Origin: Tubiluchus corallicola
Taxonomy: Eukaryota; Animalia; Priapulida
Direction of reading: 5' to 3'
Length of the DNA: 64,000 bases
NCBI GenBank assembly: GCA_030141605.1
Contig: JAQGDQ010000110.1
Coordinates: forward strand, 248,001 to 312,000
The position numbers and the translations under genes are program-made. The notes beneath the pieces are model-generated. The model saw nothing but the letters and a program-made list of their open reading frames with translations. It did not search any database and had not been told where the DNA came from. Below are positions 52,601 through 64,000 of this stretch, piece after piece; positions within the stretch are counted from its first letter, which is position 1; every line of letters begins with the position of its first letter.

Positions 52601-53083
52601 TTTAAACATATTCCTAAGTTTGTTTAAACATGTTATATACATTGTACTCTAAGAATTTAAGTACTTGTTTAAGAATTCATGCAAACTGTTTGACAGAAAT
52701 TGTACCTTACTGCCATAGGTCCACAATAAATGTTCATCTGCTGTGCTTTAGTTAAGAGTTTGTGTTAAAGTCTTTTTTGGTTTTTTTCAGTGCCATAAAT
52801 TCTGAAATAGTGTGTGTTTTGTTTTAAACTATTAGAACGAAATAAATTGGTATTTGGTGTTTTCATATTTTCTTTGTTTTTACTTAAATGTAGTTCACAG
52901 CAGTGCACTGAAGCTTCTTCTTTTTTCGTTTTTTGTTGTGGAATTTTTGATTAATTGTTCTTTGACATTAGAATTTCCACATCAGCATTTTCTCTGAAAG
53001 AAAATGACACTGATGGCGGTGCTTCTAATTGCTTCTTTGTTAATTTCAACAGGTGGAAATCCTGTTAGACTTTACAAGCTGCA

Positions 53084-53662
53084 ATGTCGAATTCCTTTGA
53101 TGAACATGATGCACATGAGGATGATCTCAGTTTGGGAGCTAGAAGTCGGAGACCTTGTCGGGCTTGTACCGATTTTCGCACCTGGGCAAAATTGAAAAGT
53201 CTAAACAAAAAAATTGAGGGCCAATCGGCTGCTACTAGCAGAATGGATGATAATGATAAAAGTAAAGAATTTGATACAGGAACAAAGAATATGGAAGTGA
53301 GTGAAAAACATGTTGCTGGGCAAGACTGCCCTTTGGACATTGAAGAACTTGGGAACAATACGTGGTCTTTTCTTCACACAATGGCTGCATACTTTCCAGA
53401 CCAACCTACACAAACTCAGCAAAATGAGATGAAGCAATTTATTGCGACTTTTTCAAAGTTTTATCCGTGCGATCACTGTGCAAGTGATTTTCGCGAACGA
53501 TTGCGAATTCATCCACCAGAGGTTGCCACTAGGAGCCTTTTATCACAATGGCTATGCGAGGAACATAATGTAGTTAATCGAAAATTGAATAAAAAGGAAT
53601 TTAATTGTAAACTCGTTGATGAACGCTGGAGAGACGGGTGGTCTGATGGTTCGTGTGACTGA
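53084..53662 (+). CDS. GFER: FAD-linked sulfhydryl oxidase ALR/Erv1, 192 aa, intronless CDS
   Basis: RPCRACTDF shuttle motif, DCPLDIEELGNNTWSFLHTMAAY, YPCDHCA redox CxxC, WLCEEHNVVNRKLNK, C-terminal VDERWRDGWSDGSCD. Confidence 0.96.
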   Translation: MSNSFDEHDAHEDDLSLGARSRRPCRACTDFRTWAKLKSLNKKIEGQSAATSRMDDNDKSKEFDTGTKNMEVSEKHVAGQDCPLDIEELGNNTWSFLHTMAAYFPDQPTQTQQNEMKQFIATFSKFYPCDHCASDFRERLRIHPPEVATRSLLSQWLCEEHNVVNRKLNKKEFNCKLVDERWRDGWSDGSCD

Positions 53663-53938
53663 AATATTTTAATCAATTACTCTTAGTTAGTCAGTACCAT
53701 ATGATAGTCATACGATTAGTCAGTACCGTATGATGGCAGACTGTTGCTTGTTGGTGATGATTTATATTTGATGTGTAAATTATTGTGCTTGTACAGCAGA
53801 GGAGATTTTTATCTGGTGCATTTATCTTGGCATCATTCTGTGATGACATTTTGGTAGTAAAAGAGCAAAGAATTATTTTTTTTCCTTGTCAAAAATCAGA
53901 ATCTGTAAGCAAGTATCAGGCAAATTGATAGGTTGGAA

Positions 53939-55296
53939 TTTGCTGTTTCACATACTTATGTGCCGCTGTCCTTTGAAATGCGGTTTAGTGGATTTTTTCA
54001 CTTTAACTTTTAAGTAATGCTCGTAATCCTAACACAGTGTGATGTATCTAATTTGCTCTGTAAGACAAGTGATGTGAAGTGTATACTTGAAAATGTGCCT
54101 TATTTTTAATTAATTTGGTTAATCTTGCTAAAGGACAACTTCTTAAATAATTAAATTTTATACAGATTAAAGAATGGCCATTACATGCTTTAGTGCTTAT
54201 TAGAAATCATGAATAAAATGTCTTCTGTGAACCTTAAAAGTGTGTGTGTTTACTTAACTTTCAATTTGCTGGTTTAAATGTGAAACATTAGTTTTGAGGA
54301 TTTTTGTATTTTTTTACTTGGCTTTTTTTGCCTTTTTGCAGACAATGTCTGTTTTGCGGCACTGTACGTTTAATGATTAGTAATTTTTTACATCATTTTT
54401 AGACAATTTACTACTAAATGTGATCAATGTCTATTTGTTTTCCATGTATTAAATAAGCAGTGATCCAACATTAAAAATTTCTGTTTTACTAGTGCTACCA
54501 AAACTGCATGGAGGTTTGTTCCTTATCTTCTTTTGAAATTCTAAAAAACTGTTTTTGTTTTAAACAAGAAGTACTTGCACATACATTGGTCAAGTTGGTG
54601 CCAGTGACAGAACAAGGTAAATTGCAAATTTGCAAAAGTTGACCCAAAATAAGCTGCCTTCGAACTCCCAAAATTACAAAACTGTTGTTCTCTAATAGTA
54701 TTTATAATAATTGCTGTTTAATGATTAGTAATTTTTTACATCATTTTTAGACTTTACTACAAAATGTGATCAATGTCTATTTGTTTTCCATGTATTAAAT
54801 AAGCAGTGATCCAACATTAAAAATTTCTGTTTTACTAGTGCTACCAAAACTGCATGGAGGTTTGTTCCTTATCTTCTTTTGAAATTCTAAAAAACTGTTT
54901 TTGTTTTAAACAAGAAGTACTTGCATATACATTGGCCAAGTTGGTGCCAGTGACAGAACAAGTTAAATTGCAAATTTGCAAAAGTTGACCCAAAATAAGC
55001 TGCCTTCGAACTCCCAAAATTACAAAACTGTTGTTCTCTAATAGTATTTATAATAATTGCTGTTTCACATACTTATGTGCCGCTGCCCTTTGAAATGCGG
55101 TTTAGGATTTTTTCACTTTAACTTTTAAGTAATGCTCGTTATCCTAATGCAGTGTGATGTATCTAATTTGCTCTGTAAGACAAGTGATGTGAAGTGTACA
55201 CTTGAAAATGTGCTTTATTTTTAATTAATTTTTTATGGTTGATTTTGCTAAAGGACAACTTCTTAAATAATTAAATTTTATACAGGTTAAAGAATG
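53939..55296. repeat. Complex near-identical local duplication A-x-B-B'-A'
   Basis: A ~53939-54176 matches A' ~55057-55296 (TTGCTGTTTCACATACTTATGTGCCGCTG...TTAAAGAATGG). B ~54368-54715 matches B' ~54716-55062 (GTTTAATGATTAGTAATTTTT...ATAATAATTGCT). Only scattered substitutions and small indels. Confidence 0.92.
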
Positions 55297-56327
55297 GTCT
55301 AATTCCGTCAACAAGCTGAAGTATAATTTAGGAGTTAATTTCACTTTATTTTCTGTGTTTTCTTTGGTTGACTATTTGTTGGTCTCTAATATGTTCAAAA
55401 CTTGAGTACGCATGCCAAGTTTGGTTGCCTCTTTATCAGTGAGATATTGATTTTTGGAAAATGCCCAATGTTGTGCCACCCACTTGTCTCTGGATTATTC
55501 TAATTTAATTATAATGAGCAACTTTCTGTGTTGTCTCTTTGTCTTCCGCACATTAGACTTCAACGAGCTGACTTAATTTTTCTTACTAGTTGGCCTCGTT
55601 GATTATGACTACAGGTGTCTTTTTATATTGCTTGTCGTGTTATAAATGTGTGGAATTTTTTGCCACTTGTAGTTGCCCATTTGAATTTAACTACGTTCAA
55701 AGCTCACATTCATTGTCATATCTGACAAAAATTACAATGCTTCATAATCTGTAGCAGTTGTTATTGCTATAAATAGGCCCTGGTAAAGCCCTAAAGTACC
55801 TACTTTATTGTACTGTGTGATATGCTGCAACATGTTGTCCCCTCAGTATGGCGCAGTTTTGGCTAATTAAAATTACTGTACATTGTTTCTAACCCTTGCT
55901 TACCAGTAAAGCTGCAGTTCTATTTTGTTTATGCTACTCTTATCCATAGGTAATAATAATAATAATAATAATAATAACGATGATAATACTAATAATAGTA
56001 ATAATAATAATGTATATTTATCTGAGGTATTTGAACGTATAAGTTCTCAGTCAGTTTTGTGTCTAATGCTAGAAAATTATGTTTGATAAGGTGCTAGATT
56101 CCAGTCCTTCTACAACATTTCACAATAAGTGTGCTGCACTGTTGATTGCTGTATTTCGTGAGATTGATTTTGCTCAAAGACAATCTGTCCAGTAATCAAG
56201 TCATGTGGAGGTTAAAGAACCATCGTTACAAAGCAATACTTGTACTCGCACTAGTGCTAGCAAGATTTTTTAACTTGTTTTGTTTTGTCAGCGGCTTGTG
56301 TGACAATTTCGCTTACAACACATTCCA

Positions 56328-59300
56328 ATGAATTCTACAAAGAATGAAGTAAGAAGTCTTGATAGGCATCAAATCCGTCGGTACAGCCGTCAACTCATCC
56401 TGCCTGAAATGGGTGTGAAAGGTGAGTGAGCTTGTGCCAGTCAACCATTCCCAATTGTAATTTGTTGATATTTGTTCAGTTCTCTTTACTGTGTTTGTAA
56501 ATTTTATAATGTAATAACTATTTAATAAGATATGCTATTTTACCTAAGCAGTATTTAGTGCCTTCAAGCACATTATTTGTGCTTGGGTTGGTGTAAGTGG
56601 AAGTAATTTAAAGCATTATAGCTTACAATTCTAGTATTGCCATTATATTTAATTTTGGAATATGCATTAGTCAGATTAATTCTTGTTCAAGTTTCACATT
56701 ATTCGGCACAAAAAGTGGCAAAATTTCACTATAGTCATGACCCCTAAATCTGAATGTTCAGATGGCTAGTACTCAATAGATATATAACTCCTATTGTGTA
56801 ACAATGAATAATTGAGCGTCCGCCATTTTAAGAATTGTGTTTATACATGCATTTAACAAATTTGATTGGATATCGGAGCACACTTACTTTCACTGAACTT
56901 ATTCGAGTATTTATGAAATTAATTAAAATGTATACTTATTTTAAACAGGTCAGCTTCTACTAGCCAACACATCAGTCTTAATAGTTGGAGCCGGAGGACT
57001 GGGATGTCCAGCAGCTACTTACCTAGCTGCTGCAGGAGTTGGTGTCCTGGGTATTGTGGATTATGATGAAGTAGAAATCAGTAACCTACACAGACAGTTT
57101 CTACATACGGAAGACCGGCTTGGTGTTCCAAAATCACAGTCTCTTGCTACGGCTGTAAAAAGGTACACTGTCTAATTTGCAGGCTCCATACTTTTTGGGC
57201 TGAATTCATTGATTGATATTTATACTGTGGTTACTCATTGTCTTTACTGCATGTTTACCATCTGTATATACTTTTTAAAAATATGTAGTTTGTTTGCCTT
57301 GCATTACTCATTGGTTCAGTGGCTCATTGTAGAGGCATAGCTTGGATAATGAGTTATGTTCCTGTCTCACCAAGACCATCTAATTTGAGAAGGACCTGTT
57401 GCTGAATGCTGGATTCCGGCTCGAAGGATTCCAAATTGTAAACAAGGAACTTTGTTAATGTGACCCCAAAAAGTCCAGTGCTTTATGACTGTTTATTATT
57501 TTATTATATTTTTTTGTATATTTTTAGACTAAATACGGTGGCTTTTAAAGTCAATTTATTTGCTGATTGGCTTGAGCTTTAGCTTCTCTACTTATTTTGT
57601 ACACATTTGTTTCTGGTGATCGTCAGAAGTACCACTGTTTCAGTATGAATTCCGAGGTTCAATGTCGAGAGCATCATTTACTCTTGAACAGTAACAATGC
57701 CATGGAAATCATCAGTCAGTATGATATAGTTCTTGACTGTACAGACAATGTGGCAACTCGCTATTTGCTGAATGACTGCTGTGTGCTTTGTGATAAGCCT
57801 CTGATTTCCGGAAGTGCACTTAGGTTCGAAGGGCAGGTAAGTATAAGTCTAAGTCTTAAAGTATAATTTCAGATCATACTTACTTACTTCTGATTATAAA
57901 TTTGTCTGTAGTAATTACACATTTCTGCAAAGTCAAATGCTATGCATGTCTCCAAATTGTCTTAAATGTTATAAAATTTATTACTCAATTAATTCCAAGT
58001 TTTCCAACATCATCGTGCAGTACTTAGAAACATGGTTTGCTAAACCAATGACACGAATAATTTTTTGTGCATGTATACATTATATTAATGGAAAGCAGCA
58101 TGATTTTTCACGTTCCACTCTATTTTGAAGTACGGTAAAAAAGTATACATTTTAACACGTGTAATAATGCCAAAGTGTGTCTGATGATTAAATAATAGCT
58201 TAATTAATGGCCAGTGGATGCAGCTAGTAAGTGTGTAAAAGCTGTTATACTCAGATTTTCAGACTGTTGGCAAAGATTTTTTATTTGTTAGTACATACAA
58301 TTTTTGGGACGAGGCAAATACCTGAATTGTCACACGTTGTGTACTTAGGGAACAAACTTATTAACAGTTAACCTGGTTAGTGAATGGATGAGGGATTGTC
58401 AGCTAAACTGCTTCTGAGGGATTTTATCTGCCATACTGTCCTACCAAAAAAATTCTTTCTCTTCTGAGTGAAATAAGGTATATTTGAGCATGACTAATTA
58501 AGGCATCACTGTGAGTTCACTGTTTCATCTTAGAGAATTGTGCTTGATAAGGATAGGGTTCCAGTTCTACTACAAGAACGTATATTATGTATTTTTGTTT
58601 GCGTAATGTATAATAGTTTAGAACTACATTAAAAAGAGACAGTTTAGTACAATTTATATTTAAACATTTGTACAGTTAACAGTTTATAACTACAATGAAG
58701 GGCCATGTTATCGATGTCTCTATCCAACACCTCCTCCTCCAGAAACAGTAACAAATTGTTCCGATGGTGGCGTGCTTGGGGTTGGTAAGTTTTAGTATTT
58801 ATGTACTTCATTTCGTTCTAACTTTTTAACAAAGCTGGGCATTTATTATTGTTCACAGATGATATCTAATCATCAGTGCTTAATTAAAAGTGCAAAAACT
58901 ACTGCTAGAGTAATGTGCTATTCAACTATTGGCATCTGACTGCAGCGTGATATGGTTCAGTTAAATTAATTCAATTTTGCTAACCTATACATTATTTATA
59001 TCACACTATTGTCATAAAGATTGTTTCTTAAATAGAAAAGTACTAAGTTTTTGCTTTTACTGTTTATTATGTTTGTTATTTTATTTAACTCTTCTGGTTG
59101 AAATGAAAAAAAATAAGGCAAAAGTCTCAATTGTGAGTTGATTTTTCTTGGTTTGGATAATTTTAGTGCTAAGTAGTCTTAGAGCACAAAATTTCAAGTA
59201 ACGTTTTCCGGAACTTTTCTGCTGTGTTTTAACTGTAGTTAAGGTCACTGGGAACCATCTTCATAAAACTTAAAATTAACAAAACAACAAGAAGACCTTG

Positions 59301-62300
59301 ATAAATTTAGCATTGCTGTAACAAGTGCAAAAAGCATCTAACTAGTCAGCTAATTTACTTATTAATTAATTATTAAACTAATTAGCATCTTGTAACTTCT
59401 AATATTTTTGCTTTATATTGAATTAACTGTCATAATTGTGTGATTTTATTTCAGTTTAGTAGTCTTGCATCATTTTCCATCTGTTCTGTGACTATATTTG
59501 CACTGCCAATTCTGAACACATTAATGATCCAGTCATTTAAATTTGAATTGGAATATGAATACCTTAACTTCGTTATCAAAATGTCAGATGAAATCATAAA
59601 TACAGGAACACAATAGTAGTTCATGTTGTAGCACATATTGCATACATCTGCACTAAATAGTATCAGCTTTACAATCCACTTAGCAATAAATGGAAATTCA
59701 CTGTCACAACTGAGTAGACTAAAACTAAAACGCATGTTCGAGCAAAAAAGTTTGCATATAAATACACTTATAATAAAAAATACGAGAACATCCTACATAG
59801 TCCTCACTTATAATGCAAAGCCTTATAATTCAGCGGCTCTTACTGAATTAAAGTTATAAAGTTATAGACAGAGTCTAATGCAATAAGGTCAGAACAATGC
59901 AAAACGTCAGCAGTTTTCCAAGATAGAATTGCCAAAAAGGAAACCTCCAATCAACTCGTCACCACTCCTTTTGGTGGAGCAGACTACAAAAGAGACACAC
60001 ATCCTCATGTAACCCAGTTCCTCCTCTTACTAAAGAGCTATGTATCTCCTTCCAAGAGTCCCGCCAGGCGCCGCTAGATTGTTTTTTCAACATGTTGTTT
60101 GACCAAAATTTCGATAAAATTGGGTGTTGGGTCTGCGAAAATGCCCAGTGTGGGAATCCGTGGCCCTCCCGTGAATTCTAAATATGCCTGTTACACCCAA
60201 CGTTGATCGGTCTATGCCATCATTACCAGCACCACCCCTGCCCATTTTCATTCTCCAGAAATAAAAGGTATGATTTTGCAAAAAACGGCTGAAAAATGGC
60301 CATTTTTAGAGGTTTTTCGTGCCTCCCCCCATATGTGCTAATTCATCATGGGATGCCTTCCAAATATGCGTGTTTGGTGCTGCACCACCTGTCAACCACA
60401 TTCAGCGTTGAATCACTAGTTACCCCGTTGGCTGTTACTGTCGATCATTACATTAATATCGTGCATCCCGTCAAATATTCGATGATCGCGAAAGCAAAGG
60501 AAAGTCAAGGTTGTCATTAGTGCATCTTGGGCATAGTCAGTTGGACTAAGCAGCTTAATGTTTTTCAATGAACGTTGGCATTCATCATGTCTGTGCCAAT
60601 ACGAACATGTGGTTGATAAGAGTTTGATCATCGTGGCATTAAACCAGTTCATCATCAGGGACACTGCACTTCTGTGGCTTAATATAATAACAACGTTAAC
60701 AGTAAAAAAGCACATGCAACGAATTCATCCCACCAAAGGTCCAGATCGTTGTGCAGTTGTCAAGATAGCAATTATTGGTCTGATTGTCGGCACGTTCTTC
60801 GTATGTTGGCTTCCTCACATGGTCATGAGAATGGTCTTACTTAAAGTTCCCATCAGAACCAAACTCTACCATCTCCACAAGGTTGCCTAGTTTCTGATGA
60901 CGAGCAATTCCTTTATGGACCAGATAATTTAATGTCGGAAAAAAGATTTTCGTAAATCTGTTGTGAAACTTTCTTGCTGTTGTTTAAGCGGTGACGAAAC
61001 CATTGCAAATCATATTAACATTTAATATGTGCCAGACATTTGTATTTTTCTCTGAAGTGGACACTTTAAATAGTTTTACTTTACTGCATTTGCTTCATTA
61101 AGTTTTCCATATGATTATATGCATCTATCTGCATGTATTAATTCTTATTGATGCCTGTAAAAATGTGTTATGCAGTAACATTGGTTATGTAGATTTGATT
61201 GCTAAAATTAAATGTTTGTGGCCTCGCTAACTCAACGAGCGGTGTTATGAGCCCTGCTTTCTGTAAAGTGTTTTGTAATCTACACAGTATGTGCTGTAAT
61301 TGTTTCATAATTTAATATGGAAGGGATGAATCTCCTCAGAGAGTTCTGATAAATCTTTTACTTGTTTGTGTTATACATTTTTGCAAAACATGTTAACACT
61401 TTTCATGGTAATATATATATATATATTGATTGGCATCCTTCTGTCTTGGAAGACAATGGAGTGTGCGCCAAGAGAGTCAGATGGAGCTGCAGCGTCGACT
61501 GTGGCTGAGCAGTGCGATTCTTGAACGTCTCCAGAGCACACGCCTGGGCAAAGTGTATGGAGATCCTAAGTTGCCCAGACAACAGGAACCCCCTCTCTTC
61601 CTCCCTGGTGTAGTCCAAAGGAAAGCGGAGCAATCCAGGTTGGCTGCAGAGCTCCGGAATCAGTGAGCATGCTGCACTGGCCCGTCTTTGGGGCTCCACT
61701 CCTGATTTGGAAGGTTTACTCCTCTACACATGGCCATTGGGTCACTTGACCTCCTCCACCCTCTAGCCGTTGGCTGCTTGTGCAGCTTCTCCGCCTAGTG
61801 TCGAGATACAGTGTGGACATCCCGCAAGCTTACAGCACCTGGTATTCCTAGGCGGTCACCCATCCAAGTACTAACCAGGCTCTATGTTGTTTAACTTCGG
61901 TGATCAAACGAGAACCGGTGTTTTCAACATGATTTGGCTGTAGTTGTAGTAGATATATATAGATTTATTTATATATATTATAACCAAGTACACATGGTTA
62001 AATACTGAACACACCCAGTCAGGTTAGATACATGGTTTAATAGTATACATTAATAGTATAATGGTTTAATGGTACTTGTGTGTTACTACCGTGCTTGTTA
62101 TGATTCTAATTTTTTCTATGCATGTGTTATAAGACTGTTTGTATTGTGTTTTTTCATTATATTTTGGAGTTGTCAGGATCCTGTGCATGTATATAAATAT
62201 AGCAAGTGGTCTGTATATATTATAAAGCTACAGATTTTACTTGCAGATTGTTTGAAATAATGTAATGTTTTTGTAATAAGTCAGTAGTTCAAATGTTGTC

Positions 62301-63971
62301 AGTTTTGTTTTGCTTTAAAAATCAGTTCTGTTATTGTGATGATGACGGGTTTTAATGATGTGTTTGCTTTTACAATAGTCCCAGGGATCATAGGCAGTTT
62401 TCAAGCTCTGGAAGCTCTTAAAATAGCTAGTAAAATGCCAGGTAACTAAACAGTTTTTCTTCTAATATACGTGATAAGAAAAGCAGAGAGAGGCAGTAAA
62501 AAACAAAGTTTCTAGCTAAGAGTTGAAGGCACTGCTTTCTTTTAATTGTCCCAGAGAAATCCAGCTTAGACTGTGATGCATCTCAATTGTGTGATTTCAA
62601 AAACCGACTGAAAATTTTCATACACTGGCAAAGTACCATGCATCAAAATTCTTAACTTTTTTGCATACTGCCTGTCTAAGCAAATTTAGTTATCTATATT
62701 TAGTTAACTATGTAATTAGTGTTGAAAGTAACAACACTATTAAGATTCCTAGGATGTTTCAAGTGACTTATCGATTTTTGTGAACTTATTGATTTTTCTT
62801 TATACTTGAGTTGACAAGATGACAAGATGATGTTAAGTTGTAAAGATGATGTTTCCTAACTTTTGCTTACTAAACGGTAACAATTGTGTTTAAATTCATT
62901 TGGGAAAGTACAGAAAATAGACACTGGAATGACTCGTACCTAGACTTTTGCTCTCTTTTAAGCAAATGTTGTTGTTGTTTGACTTGTTTTTCTATTTGCT
63001 ACTTCCTTTGTTCACACAAGGAAATTCGTTTTTTCACATTTAGGTGATTTCAGTGGATGTTTCTTGTTAGTTTCACTTCTAAAACCTTAATCTGCATTAG
63101 AATTTAGTACTTAAATGTATTTCTAATGAGATGGTGAGCTACGCTATTAACCACCTATTAACTGTTATCTTGACCGTGTTATTGAAATCGAGCAGTCTAA
63201 CAAAATTTTTGATAAACTCAGTATTTTTGTGCTTGTAGTGAGTTTTTCTGAGAAACTGCTGCTATTCGATGCACTGGACGGTTCTATGAGGACCATAAAA
63301 TTAAGACCAAAGCAGCAAAACTGTGCAGTTTGTGGCATGGAGCCATCCATAACAAAGCTAATAGACTATGTGCAGTTCTGTGGAGCTGGTGCGACAGACA
63401 AATCACAGGATAAACATCTGTTGTCTGAATGTGACAGGATCTCTGCTCAGGTATTTCTGACTTGTTTATGTTTTTGTTTACCGACATTCTTCCATACTAA
63501 CAAAAAACTCTAGCTATTTCTGTTGAAATCACTTAAGTCTTTCCTTGTATTACGAAAGATATTTTCCCTAAAGAGAAACAATAAATTTTTAATGTCAGGT
63601 GACAGCTACAACTGCCTTTTAATGAAAATTTTTGAATTAGCACAGACTGATTTCTTAAATAAAACAGGAGTTACTACTTCGTGGTGCTGCATGTTTTGTC
63701 TTTCGCTGTCGTGAATTCATTGATCCAGTAAAACTGCCATAGCTAGTATACAGAGCATTCAGTCATGTTATCTAGCACTTTTACTTACTGCATTCATGTT
63801 GGTGTGTGTAACGAGTATCTTGTTTTGCTACTGAATATTCATGAAATAAAATCACTACAGCTTCATCATTTCAGGATTACAAGGATGTAGTTGACAAGGG
63901 TGTTAAGCACCTGCTGATCGATGTCAGACCATCAGTTGAGTTGGATATTTGCAGGCTTCCCAACTGCTACA
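56328..63971 (+). CDS. MOCS3: Adenylyltransferase and sulfurtransferase MOCS3/Uba4; partial, 3' end beyond the window
   Basis: Exons 56328-56421, 56949-57162, 57644-57836, 58676-58784, 62379-62441, 63239-63450, 63875-63971; phases consistent. Motifs [79 protein letters not shown], and rhodanese start [16 protein letters not shown]. Confidence 0.96.
60340..60990 (+). pseudogene. Decayed class A (rhodopsin-like) GPCR fragment, TM3-TM7, inside MOCS3 intron 4
   Basis: TM3-like [20 protein letters not shown] (DRY-like), TM6 [12 protein letters not shown] (CWxP), TM7/helix 8-like [23 protein letters not shown]. Interrupted by stops and frameshifts; no TM1-2 seen. Confidence 0.75.
61410..61825 (-). 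mobile_element. GC-rich retroelement-like body abutting the 3' end of the 5S copy and ending in a (TA)n tail
   Basis: Abrupt GC-rich block in an AT-rich intron; begins immediately after the 5S terminal GCTT and ends ...GGATGCCAATCAATATATATATATAT. From memory it resembles non-autonomous Ingi/Vingi-type elements (unverified). Confidence 0.55.
61826..61945 (-). rRNA. Full-length 5S rRNA-like copy (probably a pseudogene or SINE3 head)
   Basis: Minus strand AACTACAGCCAAATCATGTTGAAAACACCGGTTCTCGTTTGATCACCGAAGTTAAACAACATAGAGCCTGGTTAGTACTTGGATGGGTGACCGCCTAGGAATACCAGGTGCTGTAAGCTT, 120 nt, with box A/IE/box C present. Solitary, and no oligo-T terminator follows. Confidence 0.88.
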
Positions 63972-63980
63972 GTATCCTTC
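63972..63980 (+). other. U12-type 5' splice site in MOCS3
   Basis: GTATCCTTC directly after ...LPNCY(A). Read-through hits a stop within ~20 nt, so splicing is required here. Confidence 0.75.
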
Positions 63981-64000
63981 TGAGTATTTATTAATCCATA

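Noticed and set aside
56301-56303. Selenocysteine read-through TGA in MOCS3
   Set aside because: Not at a conserved Cys position, an ATG follows shortly after, and no SECIS can be assessed because the 3' UTR is outside the window.
61826-61945. Functional 5S rRNA gene
   Set aside because: Solitary, no oligo-T terminator, substitutions in normally conserved positions (GTTAAAC, CCTAGGAA), and fused to a repeat-like body. Not strictly excluded.

Overview
AT-rich, intron-rich eukaryotic DNA, very probably from an invertebrate animal (species not identifiable from sequence alone). Five protein-coding genes were reconstructed by hand with phase-consistent GT-AG junctions: TRAPPC8 (minus, 29 coding exons, ~1456 aa, complete); a cellular RNA-dependent RNA polymerase with a DLDGD motif (plus, 12 coding exons, ~1787 aa); TOP3B (minus, intronless CDS); GFER/ALR/Erv1 (plus, intronless CDS); and MOCS3/Uba4 (plus, 7 exons visible, runs off the right edge). 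The most striking item is the ~700-aa C-terminal extension of the RdRP. By eye it reads as a catalytically degenerate Cid1/TUTase-type nucleotidyltransferase plus PAP-associated module, then a KH-like domain, then an unassigned ~300-aa domain. That would be a single-chain analogue of the RdRP+nucleotidyltransferase complexes of fission yeast, Tetrahymena and nematodes; it is an inference and needs profile/structure searches. Other observations: two U12 (minor spliceosome) splice signals, a 5S-rRNA-headed composite element (SINE3-like), a decayed GPCR inside a MOCS3 intron, a pogo/Tigger-type MITE with an internal inversion 20 bp past the TOP3B stop, a piggyBac-type MITE, and several local duplications.
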